From positions 4,542 to 68,541 of IMG/VR virus record IMGVR_UViG_3300034012_002457: a stretch of 64,000 nt of DNA, one strand, 5' to 3'. This document shows, piece by piece, positions 26,477-34,185 of this stretch. How positions within the stretch are numbered: the stretch's first letter is position 1; every line of letters starts with the position of its first letter. Under the pieces are notes generated by a model. The model saw nothing but the letters and a program-made list of their open reading frames with translations. It did not search any database and was not told where the DNA came from. The position numbers and the translations under genes are program-made. The stretch comes from a virus.

Positions 26477-28099
26477 ATGACCAAGACCAAGACCCTTAAG
26501 GCCGTCGACCCCCAGACCGGGGCCATCTTCACCCGCCGCACTGAGCGCTCCTACGTGGCTGCTGTTGTCTTCACCGATAGCAGGGGCGAGACTTGCTGCG
26601 ATTCTTGGTGTGGCAGGCCCGACCTGGCAGACAAGGCTCTAACCAAGGCTCGCAAGGGCTGCCCGTCTGCCCGCCTGGCCCCTGTAGTTGATCCTGCTGC
26701 CCCTGCCCCTGCCCCCCATCCCTGCAGCGCTGAGGCCGTGGCTGATGATGCCTGCCAGGCCCTGGCTGAGCTGAGCGCAGAGGCTGAGCCCGCCCCTGCC
26801 CCTGGCCCCCTGCTACCAGGAGAGGCCCCCCGCCCGGCCCCTGCCCCCTTTGTCTACAACTGGGCTCAGGGGGCCCTTGGAAAGCCAGCCCCTGCCCCTG
26901 AGCTGCCCGCTTTTGTCACGTATGGGCAGCAGCAGCAGCAGCCGCAGCAGGCCCCCGCCGCTGCCCCTGCCCCCTTAGTGCAGCCTGGCCCCCTGGCCCG
27001 CAAGACAGCCCCCGCTCACCTGCCCGCCGATGTGGCCGCCCTGCTGCAGCGGTTCGGCCTGACGCTTGAGGGCCTCCTGACCGTGGGGGCATCCAACGCC
27101 AAGCTGGCCAAGGGGGCGGCCCTGGCCTGGCCCGTGATCCTGCACCACCTGCCTGCCCGCTCCCTGGCTGCTGCCATCGCAGGCCCTGAGGCTGGGCCCA
27201 CGGCCCCCCGTTCGCGGCTGCCTGGCCTGGCTGAACTGGCCAAGGCCCAGAATGTCTACAGCCTGGCCCTGGCCCATAACGGCTGCCCCTGGGCCTCCGC
27301 TGGCTGTGCTGCTGGCTGCCTGGCCTGGGCTGGCCATGGGGGCCTGTCCGTGACGGTGGCCTCAGCCCGTGCCCGTCGCACCCTGGCGATGCTGGCCGAT
27401 GGCCCCGCCTACACTCGCGCCATTCTCTGGGCCATTGCTCGCGCCTACCGGCAAGCCCAGGCCAAGGGCCTGCCCCTGGCTGTGCGCCTACGTGGCACGG
27501 ACGATCAGCCCTGGCATCTGGCCCGCCTGAGCATCAGCCCCGCAGAGGCCCAGGCCATCGCCCGACGCTACGGCCTGCCCGTGACCCCTGGCCAGGGCCA
27601 GACTCTGCCCGAGGCTCTCAGCCTGGCCCCCGATGGCAGTATCCGCCTTTATGAGTACAGCAAGGCCCCCACAGACGGCCCCCTGGGCCTCCTGGCCCAG
27701 CAGCGGGCAGGATGGGACGTGACGGCCTCCCTAGCTGCTGACAGGCCAGACGGCCTCAGCCAGGCCCTGCAGGCCGTGGCCGCTGGGTTCCGTCTGGCTG
27801 TGCCTGCAGCATTCCCGAAGGGGCAGCCCCTGCCCGATGTGTTGATCCTCCGCGATGGCGAGACCGTGGCCCGCCTGCTGTGCCTTGATGGCGACGTGAC
27901 GGATCACCGCTGGGCCGACCCTGCAGGCCCCCAGCCCCTGGGCTTCGATGGCGTGGCTGTGCTGTTGAGAACCAAGCGAAGCCGGGGCCGTGGCCCTGCT
28001 GCTGATGCATTCAGCCTTGCTCCCATCGTTGGGGCCTGGCAGCCCCTGGCAGGCGGGGGCCAGGCAGCATTCAGCACCACACAATGGGAGGCCGCCTGA
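26477..28099 (+). CDS. GP88-like protein (Cys-motif) with Pro/Ala-rich N-terminal linker
   Basis: SNAKLAKG, CPWASAGCAAGCL..AGHG, VRLRGTDD, YEYSK, DGDVTDHRWADP; very GC-rich. Confidence 0.65.
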   Translation: MTKTKTLKAVDPQTGAIFTRRTERSYVAAVVFTDSRGETCCDSWCGRPDLADKALTKARKGCPSARLAPVVDPAAPAPAPHPCSAEAVADDACQALAELSAEAEPAPAPGPLLPGEAPRPAPAPFVYNWAQGALGKPAPAPELPAFVTYGQQQQQPQQAPAAAPAPLVQPGPLARKTAPAHLPADVAALLQRFGLTLEGLLTVGASNAKLAKGAALAWPVILHHLPARSLAAAIAGPEAGPTAPRSRLPGLAELAKAQNVYSLALAHNGCPWASAGCAAGCLAWAGHGGLSVTVASARARRTLAMLADGPAYTRAILWAIARAYRQAQAKGLPLAVRLRGTDDQPWHLARLSISPAEAQAIARRYGLPVTPGQGQTLPEALSLAPDGSIRLYEYSKAPTDGPLGLLAQQRAGWDVTASLAADRPDGLSQALQAVAAGFRLAVPAAFPKGQPLPDVLILRDGETVARLLCLDGDVTDHRWADPAGPQPLGFDGVAVLLRTKRSRGRGPAADAFSLAPIVGAWQPLAGGGQAAFSTTQWEAA

Positions 28100-28320
28100 T
28101 GGCCCGCCCGCCCCTGCCCCCCATCCTGGGCCCTGATGGCCAGCCCCTGGCCTGGGCCTCTCCTGGCCCTGATGGCCAGCCCCTGCCCCTCCTGACTGAG
28201 GCCCTGGCAGCCGTGCTAGCTCGCGACGCTGCAGCCCATGCCCACGCCCAGGCCATCAGGCAGGGGCTCTGCCCCCCTCCTGCCCCCTCTGCCCGCTGGC
28301 TGATCAGCGACCGCGACTAA
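28099..28320 (+). CDS. Hypothetical Pro-rich protein
   Basis: ORF overlapping the upstream stop; internal GPDGQPL duplication. Confidence 0.5.
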   Translation: MARPPLPPILGPDGQPLAWASPGPDGQPLPLLTEALAAVLARDAAAHAHAQAIRQGLCPPPAPSARWLISDRD

Positions 28321-28647
28321 GGGCCTCCTGGGCTCCTCTCCTGGCCCCTCAGGCAGCCCCTGAGGGGCTCTCTGTTGCCCATAGGCTGCCCCTGCTGGCT
28401 TGGCCTCTCTCCTGCTGCAGGGCCTCTCTTGGCTGATGGTGGGGATTAGAAGCCCTATTGCGAGCGATTCTCAACTAGACTGTACCATTTCAATACGTTA
28501 CAACTGTTCACCGTGAACAGACGCGGGCGAAACGCCAGTGGTAGCGTGGAGCAGTAGCACGGCAGTTTGTGGTTTGAGGGGCGCGGTATACCTCGTCAAA
28601 AGTGCAACCAAAAATGATCGAAAATGGCCAGCAATAAGTACAATTAC

Positions 28648-29142
28648 CTACCAATCAAGGGACTCAACGATAGCGCGTCCCACTGCTTCAGTGAGAATTT
28701 TTAATTCTTCGTGCGTAGCGTAGCTTTTGAAAGTATTTGCTTTGCTGCTAATTATCCATACATTTCCTTTTACGTAGCCTTTTGTTGGGTCAATGCGATC
28801 TAGGGACGGGCTATTTGCAATTCCTCCTGATCCTTTTCCGCGATAAGTGGACCATTCAAGAGGCATACCAAACACTGGGCAATGCGAGACGACAAGAGAG
28901 CGGATGTATTCATGATCAATGTCAAAGGGGAGATTTTTTTCTTTAGCGCGTTTACGAGCGCTTTTAACCATATCTTTTGTTTGCGTTAGCACGGGATTAT
29001 CTTTTTGATATTGTTTTACATTTAAGGCGTGGCATTGCTTGCACGAAGTATAAAGGCCATCTTTAGTGCCAGTATGTTTATAGAACTCACTCAAGGGCAT
29101 TATGATGCCGCATTTAGAGCATTGTTTTTGCTGCGAGTCCAT
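28648..29142 (-). CDS. HNH homing endonuclease
   Basis: CSKC..EFYK...CKQC; CPVFG...PSLDRIDPTKGYVKGNVWIIS.KAN. Confidence 0.88.
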   Translation of the reverse strand: MDSQQKQCSKCGIIMPLSEFYKHTGTKDGLYTSCKQCHALNVKQYQKDNPVLTQTKDMVKSARKRAKEKNLPFDIDHEYIRSLVVSHCPVFGMPLEWSTYRGKGSGGIANSPSLDRIDPTKGYVKGNVWIISSKANTFKSYATHEELKILTEAVGRAIVESLDW

Positions 29143-29865
29143 GCGAGAGGGACAATCGTTGCAAAGCTTAACAAGTAAAAAACTAGTAGTCACACGCTGA
29201 ATCAAGCCCTCGCAGAGGGCGCAGATGAAGCGTTCTCCTCTTCCTCCTCTAATGGAGGCGCCCAAAGCGCCGTAATGATGCACAAAGAAGCTGGCATTTT
29301 CTAAATTCGCGCATTTTCCTTGCATCGTCTATCGCTTAAAGCGGCCCCTTAGAGGGCCGCTGTTCTAGACAATATTACTTTTTCTTAAAAAAACAGCCCG
29401 TTCTGGCTGCTGCGTATAGTTTCCCAAGACCATTACTTAGGACTGGTCCAGCCTTTTTGTATTTCGCCACTCGCCAGTAGCTCCGTCCCTTTGGGGGACT
29501 CCGCATTATTAAGAGCACCGTGGCTTGTCTAGCCTTTTTAGCTCATCACTCCGCGCTTTAGGCGCTTCGTTGGAGGGGAAGGTGCTCGGGAGAGGCTAGC
29601 GAGGAGCGTCTAATTGCTCTGGAGGGGCGAAATTTAGACGCTGCTGCGCTTACGCATATCGTAAATGCTCTGTCAAGCTTTGTCAAGAGGCTCAAAACCC
29701 TTGCAAATACTAGAAAGGGGCCTAAAAGGCCCCGAAAACCATGGAAAAATTGCCCGTTTCTTAAGGATGTCTTCTGTTTTGTCAGGCAATGAAGAAGAAT
29801 GTATTAAAAACTACCAGTCAAATTGTTGATAGTGACTAGCCTGAAATGATCACCGCTAATTAATT

Positions 29866-30057
29866 ATGTGGGGCCTGCCAGAACGTCAACCATTTAACAT
29901 TGGCCCCTATAAACTTTGGCCTTGTTTTAGTAGGCCAGAATTTCAATGGTTTGCAGCAGTAGATGGCAAGCCTCTTTATTTCCGCACGTCCAATGAAGCG
30001 AAATTATTTTTCAATGATCTGCTAGCAGTGGACGATCCAGAAGGGCTATGCGATTAA
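29866..30057 (+). CDS. Hypothetical protein
   Basis: ORF. Confidence 0.55.
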   Translation: MWGLPERQPFNIGPYKLWPCFSRPEFQWFAAVDGKPLYFRTSNEAKLFFNDLLAVDDPEGLCD

Positions 30058-30148
30058 AGGAAGTTTTCCATTCCTGCATGGGAAAAATTGGCTAGCCTGC
30101 CTGTTGTAAGTTTTGGGGCCGTAAGGCCCTTTCTTGTCTCTGGAACCA

Positions 30149-31576
30149 ATGGTTGACAAAATTGCCCGCACTGGCAGGGTGCAAAGCTGGATGGAAAGCC
30201 CGAATGGACGGCTGCCGGTTAGCTGCACGGTGTTCAACGTGCAAGATTCAATGGAAGGAGGGGACGGCATTGAAGCGTCTTGGCGCTTTGTTAGCCATGG
30301 CCTGCGTAATGGTGCAGGAGTGGCGGTGCATCTTTCTGAGCTTCGCCCCAAGGGCGAAGAAAATGGCAAAGGCTTGGTTGCTAGCGGGCCTATCAGCTTT
30401 GGCAAAATCTATTCGACGCTCAATGAAATTCTGAGGCGTGGTGGTTTATACAAAAATGGAGCTGTGGTCCTGCATTTGGACTACACGCACCCTGACGCCA
30501 TGGAATTTGTCAATGTTTCCAGACAGGAACTGCCTTGGACGAAGCGTTGCCTTAATGTGGACGAGCAGTTTCTGGACAAGGCTTCGCCTGGGCTGATTAA
30601 TGCCGCTCTTCGTGCCATCTCTGCTGGCGACCTCTGGCTCAATAAAATTCGCTACAACGACAAAGGCGAGCGCATCAGAGCGAATGTATGCCTGGAAGTT
30701 TATCTTCCGCATCGTGGCACTTGCTTATTGCAGCACATTAATCTTGGCGCATGCAGCATTGATGAAATTAAAGGGGCGTTTGTTGAGGGCATGACGCAAC
30801 TGTGCGAGCTTCATGCTCAAACAGGCGTTGGCGACACTGGTGAATATCTTCCTCCCATTGTTGACAAGCAAGTGGGGCTTGGCCTGTTAGGTCTGGCTAA
30901 TTTCTTGAGCATTCATGAAATTAGCTATGCCGAATTTGGCAAAGCGCTAAAGGCGTTTAATCAGGAAGATCCAGAAGATTGGTATGAAGTGATGGACAAA
31001 CCAGTGGGCAATGCTGTGTTTGCCATTCACAAAGGCATTCATGCTGCGGCTGACATTGCGCGTGAGGCTGGAATGGACCGTGCCTTTGCCATTGCTCCCA
31101 CTGCATCGTGCTCCTATCGCTACCAGGATCTTCGTGGCTTTACAACCACGCCCGAGATTGCCCCTCCCATTGCTCGGGAAGTAGATCGTGATAGTGGCAC
31201 GTTTGGCGTGGAAAGCTTTGATTATGGTCCCGTGGAGACTGCAGCAGAGGTGGGCTGGGAAGCTTACAAGCTTGTTACAGACGAGCTTATTCGCATGTAT
31301 CAAGCGAGCGGATTGCTCCATGGCTATTCGTTTAATTCGTGGAGCGATGTGGTTGTTTATGACGAAGCCTTCCTGAAGGATTGGCTAGAATCTCCTCAGA
31401 CGAGCCTCTATTACAGCCTGCAAATTCTTCCGGACACTCAACGGAAGGATGATGCATATGCTGCATTGGACGACGATTTTAAGAGCATGTTTGGCTTAGA
31501 CGATGAGTCTGAAGCTGAAGGCCCTTCTGCATCTTGTTCCGTAGAGGCTGGATTCTGCGCTGCATGCGCTGAATAA
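30149..31576 (+). CDS. nrdA: Ribonucleotide reductase large subunit (short cyanophage Cyano-SP type)
   Basis: LPVSCTV, ANVCLEV, TCLLQHINL, AIAPTASCS, C-terminal CxxC. Confidence 0.88.
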   Translation: MVDKIARTGRVQSWMESPNGRLPVSCTVFNVQDSMEGGDGIEASWRFVSHGLRNGAGVAVHLSELRPKGEENGKGLVASGPISFGKIYSTLNEILRRGGLYKNGAVVLHLDYTHPDAMEFVNVSRQELPWTKRCLNVDEQFLDKASPGLINAALRAISAGDLWLNKIRYNDKGERIRANVCLEVYLPHRGTCLLQHINLGACSIDEIKGAFVEGMTQLCELHAQTGVGDTGEYLPPIVDKQVGLGLLGLANFLSIHEISYAEFGKALKAFNQEDPEDWYEVMDKPVGNAVFAIHKGIHAAADIAREAGMDRAFAIAPTASCSYRYQDLRGFTTTPEIAPPIAREVDRDSGTFGVESFDYGPVETAAEVGWEAYKLVTDELIRMYQASGLLHGYSFNSWSDVVVYDEAFLKDWLESPQTSLYYSLQILPDTQRKDDAYAALDDDFKSMFGLDDESEAEGPSASCSVEAGFCAACAE

Positions 31577-31579
31577 CAA

Positions 31580-31606
31580 AGAAAAAGGGGGCTTGCGCCC
31601 CCTTTC
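31580..31606. terminator. Hairpin terminator
   Basis: aaaaaggggg-cttgcg-cccccttt. Confidence 0.6.
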
Positions 31607-31638
31607 TGCTCCTCACACTTTCGCATAATAGTACGACA

Positions 31639-32406
31639 ATGATTGCCAAGACCAAGAGCCCCGATCTTTCCGTTGAAAATGAAGGCCCCTATCTTTCCAT
31701 GATTGCCAAGAAACGGCCTTGGCAGGCCGTGCCTGTGAGCAAAGGCAAGTTGCAAGAAGGGGGCGAGGATACGATTTTCTCGCTTCTTGCGTTGCGCCAT
31801 TTGGAACTGCCTGTGAAGGACTTTCTGGAGCAGGGGCTGCAGAAAGAGCTTCCTTCTACGCCTGGCATTGTTGAGGCGCTGCGTCATAACCAGCAGGATG
31901 AGCAGCGTCATGATGAGGCGCTGAACTATGTGACGGCTGCCCATGGCACGAATGAAAAGGCGGAGAAAGAAGCCCTGAACATCCTGAAAGCATGGCAAGA
32001 GCATCCTGCCCATCCCATTTTGAAAGCTGCCATTTTGGAGCGCAGCATTTTCTTTGTGGTCTTGCCATTTTTCCGCTTTAACGGCGACATTGGCATTCGC
32101 ACTGTGGCTGCTGATATTAGTCGGGATGAGATTACGCACGTTGGCGTGCATAGTCTGATTGCTCGGGAGCTTGGCGAAACTGCTGGGCAGAGCCTGAACA
32201 AACTGCGCCGGGCCACTGCATTGTGGGCCTTTGATCAGCTTGGTGCCCATAGCAACAAATGGTTGGACAAAGACTTTTGGTTGCGTCAAAGTGACAATTT
32301 GTTTGAGAAGGGCAGGGCTGAGGAACTGAACGACACGGCTCGCAGTCGGATGCCGGCGTTCTTTGAGGCAGCAAATAATGATCTACCTAGCTATGGTCGT
32401 GCATAG
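31639..32406 (+). CDS. nrdB: Ribonucleotide reductase small subunit (ferritin-like)
   Basis: Two ExxH motifs (DEQRH, DEITH); directly after the large subunit. Confidence 0.8.
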   Translation: MIAKTKSPDLSVENEGPYLSMIAKKRPWQAVPVSKGKLQEGGEDTIFSLLALRHLELPVKDFLEQGLQKELPSTPGIVEALRHNQQDEQRHDEALNYVTAAHGTNEKAEKEALNILKAWQEHPAHPILKAAILERSIFFVVLPFFRFNGDIGIRTVAADISRDEITHVGVHSLIARELGETAGQSLNKLRRATALWAFDQLGAHSNKWLDKDFWLRQSDNLFEKGRAEELNDTARSRMPAFFEAANNDLPSYGRA

Positions 32407-32409
32407 CCT

Positions 32410-32473
32410 GGAAAGCTAAGACAGCGCTGGGCAAATAGCCCAGAAGAGCCGGGTGCAATTCCCGGCCTTTCCA
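32410..32473 (+). ncRNA. D-armless tRNA-like structure (pseudo-tRNA)
   Basis: Acceptor ggaaag/ctttcc+a; anticodon stem ctggg/cccag; T-stem ccggg-TGCAATT-cccgg. Confidence 0.55.
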
Positions 32474-32489
32474 TTGTTAATTGTTTCTA

Positions 32490-33071
32490 ATGAGCGCCTT
32501 CGTCACAAGCGACACGCACTTTGGCCATGCCAAGATTCTGGAATTTATGCGTCCAGACGGGGCATTGTTGCGTCCGTTTTCCTCATTGGAAGAAATGCAT
32601 GAAACGCTCGTAGAGCGTTGGAACAACATTGTCCATGCCAAAGACAGAGTGTACGTATTGGGAGACGTGGCCATCCCAAGGTCTGGCTTGCATGTTTTAG
32701 ACCGTCTTAATGGCAGTAAGGTGTTGGTTCGCGGGAATCATGATATTTTTAAGTTTCAGGATTATGCAAAATATTTTGATGACATAAGAGGCGCATTCTT
32801 TCGTGATGGGCTAATTTATACGCATATTCCCGTGCATCCTGCAAATTTAACCGGACGATATGTTGGCAATATACATGGCCATTTGCATTGTCATTTAATT
32901 AGGCATGACGATGGAACCATTGACAAAAGATATTTCAATGCATGTGTGGAAGTAAATAATTTTACGCCAGTAGCGTTAGATTGTATACAAAACTATTTTG
33001 GCCTGGGCCATGGACGAGCGTCGGACGTTCAACACGCCGATCAGGGAGCCATGGAACGCGCCCATCCATAA
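32490..33071 (+). CDS. Calcineurin-like metallophosphoesterase
   Basis: SDTHFGH, LGD, GNHD, THIP, HGHLH. Confidence 0.9.
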   Translation: MSAFVTSDTHFGHAKILEFMRPDGALLRPFSSLEEMHETLVERWNNIVHAKDRVYVLGDVAIPRSGLHVLDRLNGSKVLVRGNHDIFKFQDYAKYFDDIRGAFFRDGLIYTHIPVHPANLTGRYVGNIHGHLHCHLIRHDDGTIDKRYFNACVEVNNFTPVALDCIQNYFGLGHGRASDVQHADQGAMERAHP

Positions 33072-33207
33072 TATTTTGAAGGCCATTGATAATCACATGG
33101 CTTTATATTTGCGCTATCGCGACCCTTGGCATTTACAACAGGCAGCAATGCTGAGGAACTATTTAAGAGAGCTTAAGGCTTACATTCATAAGAAAGAAGG
33201 AAAATAA
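33010..33207 (+). CDS. Hypothetical protein
   Basis: ORF. Confidence 0.55.
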   Translation: MDERRTFNTPIREPWNAPIHNILKAIDNHMALYLRYRDPWHLQQAAMLRNYLRELKAYIHKKEGK

Positions 33208-33241
33208 TTTAACTTTCTTTTCCATTGTCGTGTATCTGGCG

Positions 33242-33255
33242 GTAACAATTGTTAC
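33242..33255. promoter_or_regulatory. NtcA box
   Basis: Perfect GTA-N8-TAC palindrome GTAACAATTGTTAC, 13 nt before TAGCTT. Confidence 0.7.
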
Positions 33256-33295
33256 AGAAAAAGAGGCGTAGCTTTAAAGAAATAGCGATAGTCTG

Positions 33296-33457
33296 ATGAC
33301 AACGCTTGTTTATCGTGGCGTGCCCTATTCAATGGAACAGGAGCATGAAGCTTTTTCTCAATGGTGGAGCTTCATCCATCGTCCAGTGTTGTGGCTTGTT
33401 TATCGCGGACAAAAATACCGCCCCTGCCAATTTGACAAGGGCGGCAAGCGAGCTTAA
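33296..33457 (+). CDS. DUF4278 family peptide
   Basis: Manually read 53 aa with two LVYRG..Y motifs: MTTLVYRGVPY...LVYRGQKY. Confidence 0.8.
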   Translation: MTTLVYRGVPYSMEQEHEAFSQWWSFIHRPVLWLVYRGQKYRPCQFDKGGKRA

Positions 33458-33462
33458 TCGCC

Positions 33463-33564
33463 TCAGGCCACGCAATAGCGATGGCCGTGCAGCGAAGCCA
33501 ACTGAGCCTTGCGAAGACGGGCAGCTTTTTCAAGCTGCTGCTTCACGAGCAACAGAGTGTTCAT
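33463..33564 (-). CDS. Riboswitch-controlled downstream peptide
   Basis: MNTLLLVKQQLEKAARLRKAQLASLHGHRYCVA; in-frame alternative ATG at 33576. Confidence 0.65.
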   Translation of the reverse strand: MNTLLLVKQQLEKAARLRKAQLASLHGHRYCVA

Positions 33565-33577
33565 GGCGCTCTCCATG

Positions 33578-33630
33578 GTCCACCTCCCGTTCCGTAGGTG
33601 GGTGTCATGCGCCCCATGCGGGGTGAACGT
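33578..33630 (-). promoter_or_regulatory. Glutamine-II (Downstream-peptide) riboswitch
   Basis: CGUUCA-CCCC..GGGG-CGCA...GGAACGGG with ccaccu/aggugg pseudoknot potential; TG-c-TAAGCT -10 just upstream. Confidence 0.75.
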
Positions 33631-33648
33631 AGATGCAGCTTAGCACGA

Positions 33649-33722
33649 TACCCTCGGTGGGAGTCGAACCCACACTGGAGCGATTTTAAGTCGCTTGCCT
33701 CTGCCGGTTGGGCTACAAGGGC
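33649..33722 (-). tRNA. tRNA-Leu(TAA), short variable arm, no encoded CCA
   Basis: GCCCTTG/CGAGGGT acceptor; AGCGA-CTTAAAA-TCGCT; GTGGG-TTCGACT-CCCAC. Confidence 0.88.
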
Positions 33723-33724
33723 TA

Positions 33725-33866
33725 GACATCGAGGCGTCGAGGCGGGGCTTCAATCCGCCTTTGTACGACATTTAACCACGGGTCGGCCCATGGCCTCGAT
33801 TGGTCTGCAAGACAGTGCCTGCCACTGTCTAGTTGTAACGCTGGCCAGCGTGCTTCGCGAAAGCCT
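33725..33866 (-). ncRNA. Structured RNA upstream of tRNA-Leu
   Basis: Stems gacagtg/cactgtc, atcgagg/cctcgat, ccatggg/cccgtgg, aggcgg/ccgcct; extended -10 TGcTATGCT. Confidence 0.5.
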
Positions 33867-33890
33867 CAAAAGCATAGCATGAGCGTTTCC

Positions 33891-34154
33891 TCATACGTCA
33901 TATTCCTTGCATTCCTGGCTGTCGGGGTGGGCCCGGCAGTAATCGTCAAACGTGCCTTCATCATCGAGGCATTGCTCCAGCGCTTCAATTTGCCCCAGAC
34001 GCTTGGCATAGTCCTTGAGCTTGGGCAATAGCACGGGAATATAAAGGTGTTCGGCTGCTAGAAGCTGCAGAGAAGTTTGCTTACTAGTGGTGCCATTTTC
34101 AAGAAGCGCAATTAAAAACTGCGTTTCTTGCATAGTTAATTTGCAATAAGCCAC
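33891..34154 (-). CDS. Hypothetical protein with CP12-like C-terminus
   Basis: Ends FDDYCRAHPDSQECKEYDV, matching the CP12 C-terminal motif (YC..NP...EC..YD). Confidence 0.6.
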   Translation of the reverse strand: MAYCKLTMQETQFLIALLENGTTSKQTSLQLLAAEHLYIPVLLPKLKDYAKRLGQIEALEQCLDDEGTFDDYCRAHPDSQECKEYDV

Positions 34155-34185
34155 GCCAATAAAGAACTATTGTTTGAAAATCATA

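Noticed and set aside
26110-28496. NtcA boxes at about 26118 and 28482
   Set aside because: Spacer is 9 nt rather than 8
33730-33800. Pistol ribozyme suggested by hairpin-UUAAAU
   Set aside because: Lacks the G-U cleavage junction and a proper pseudoknot loop
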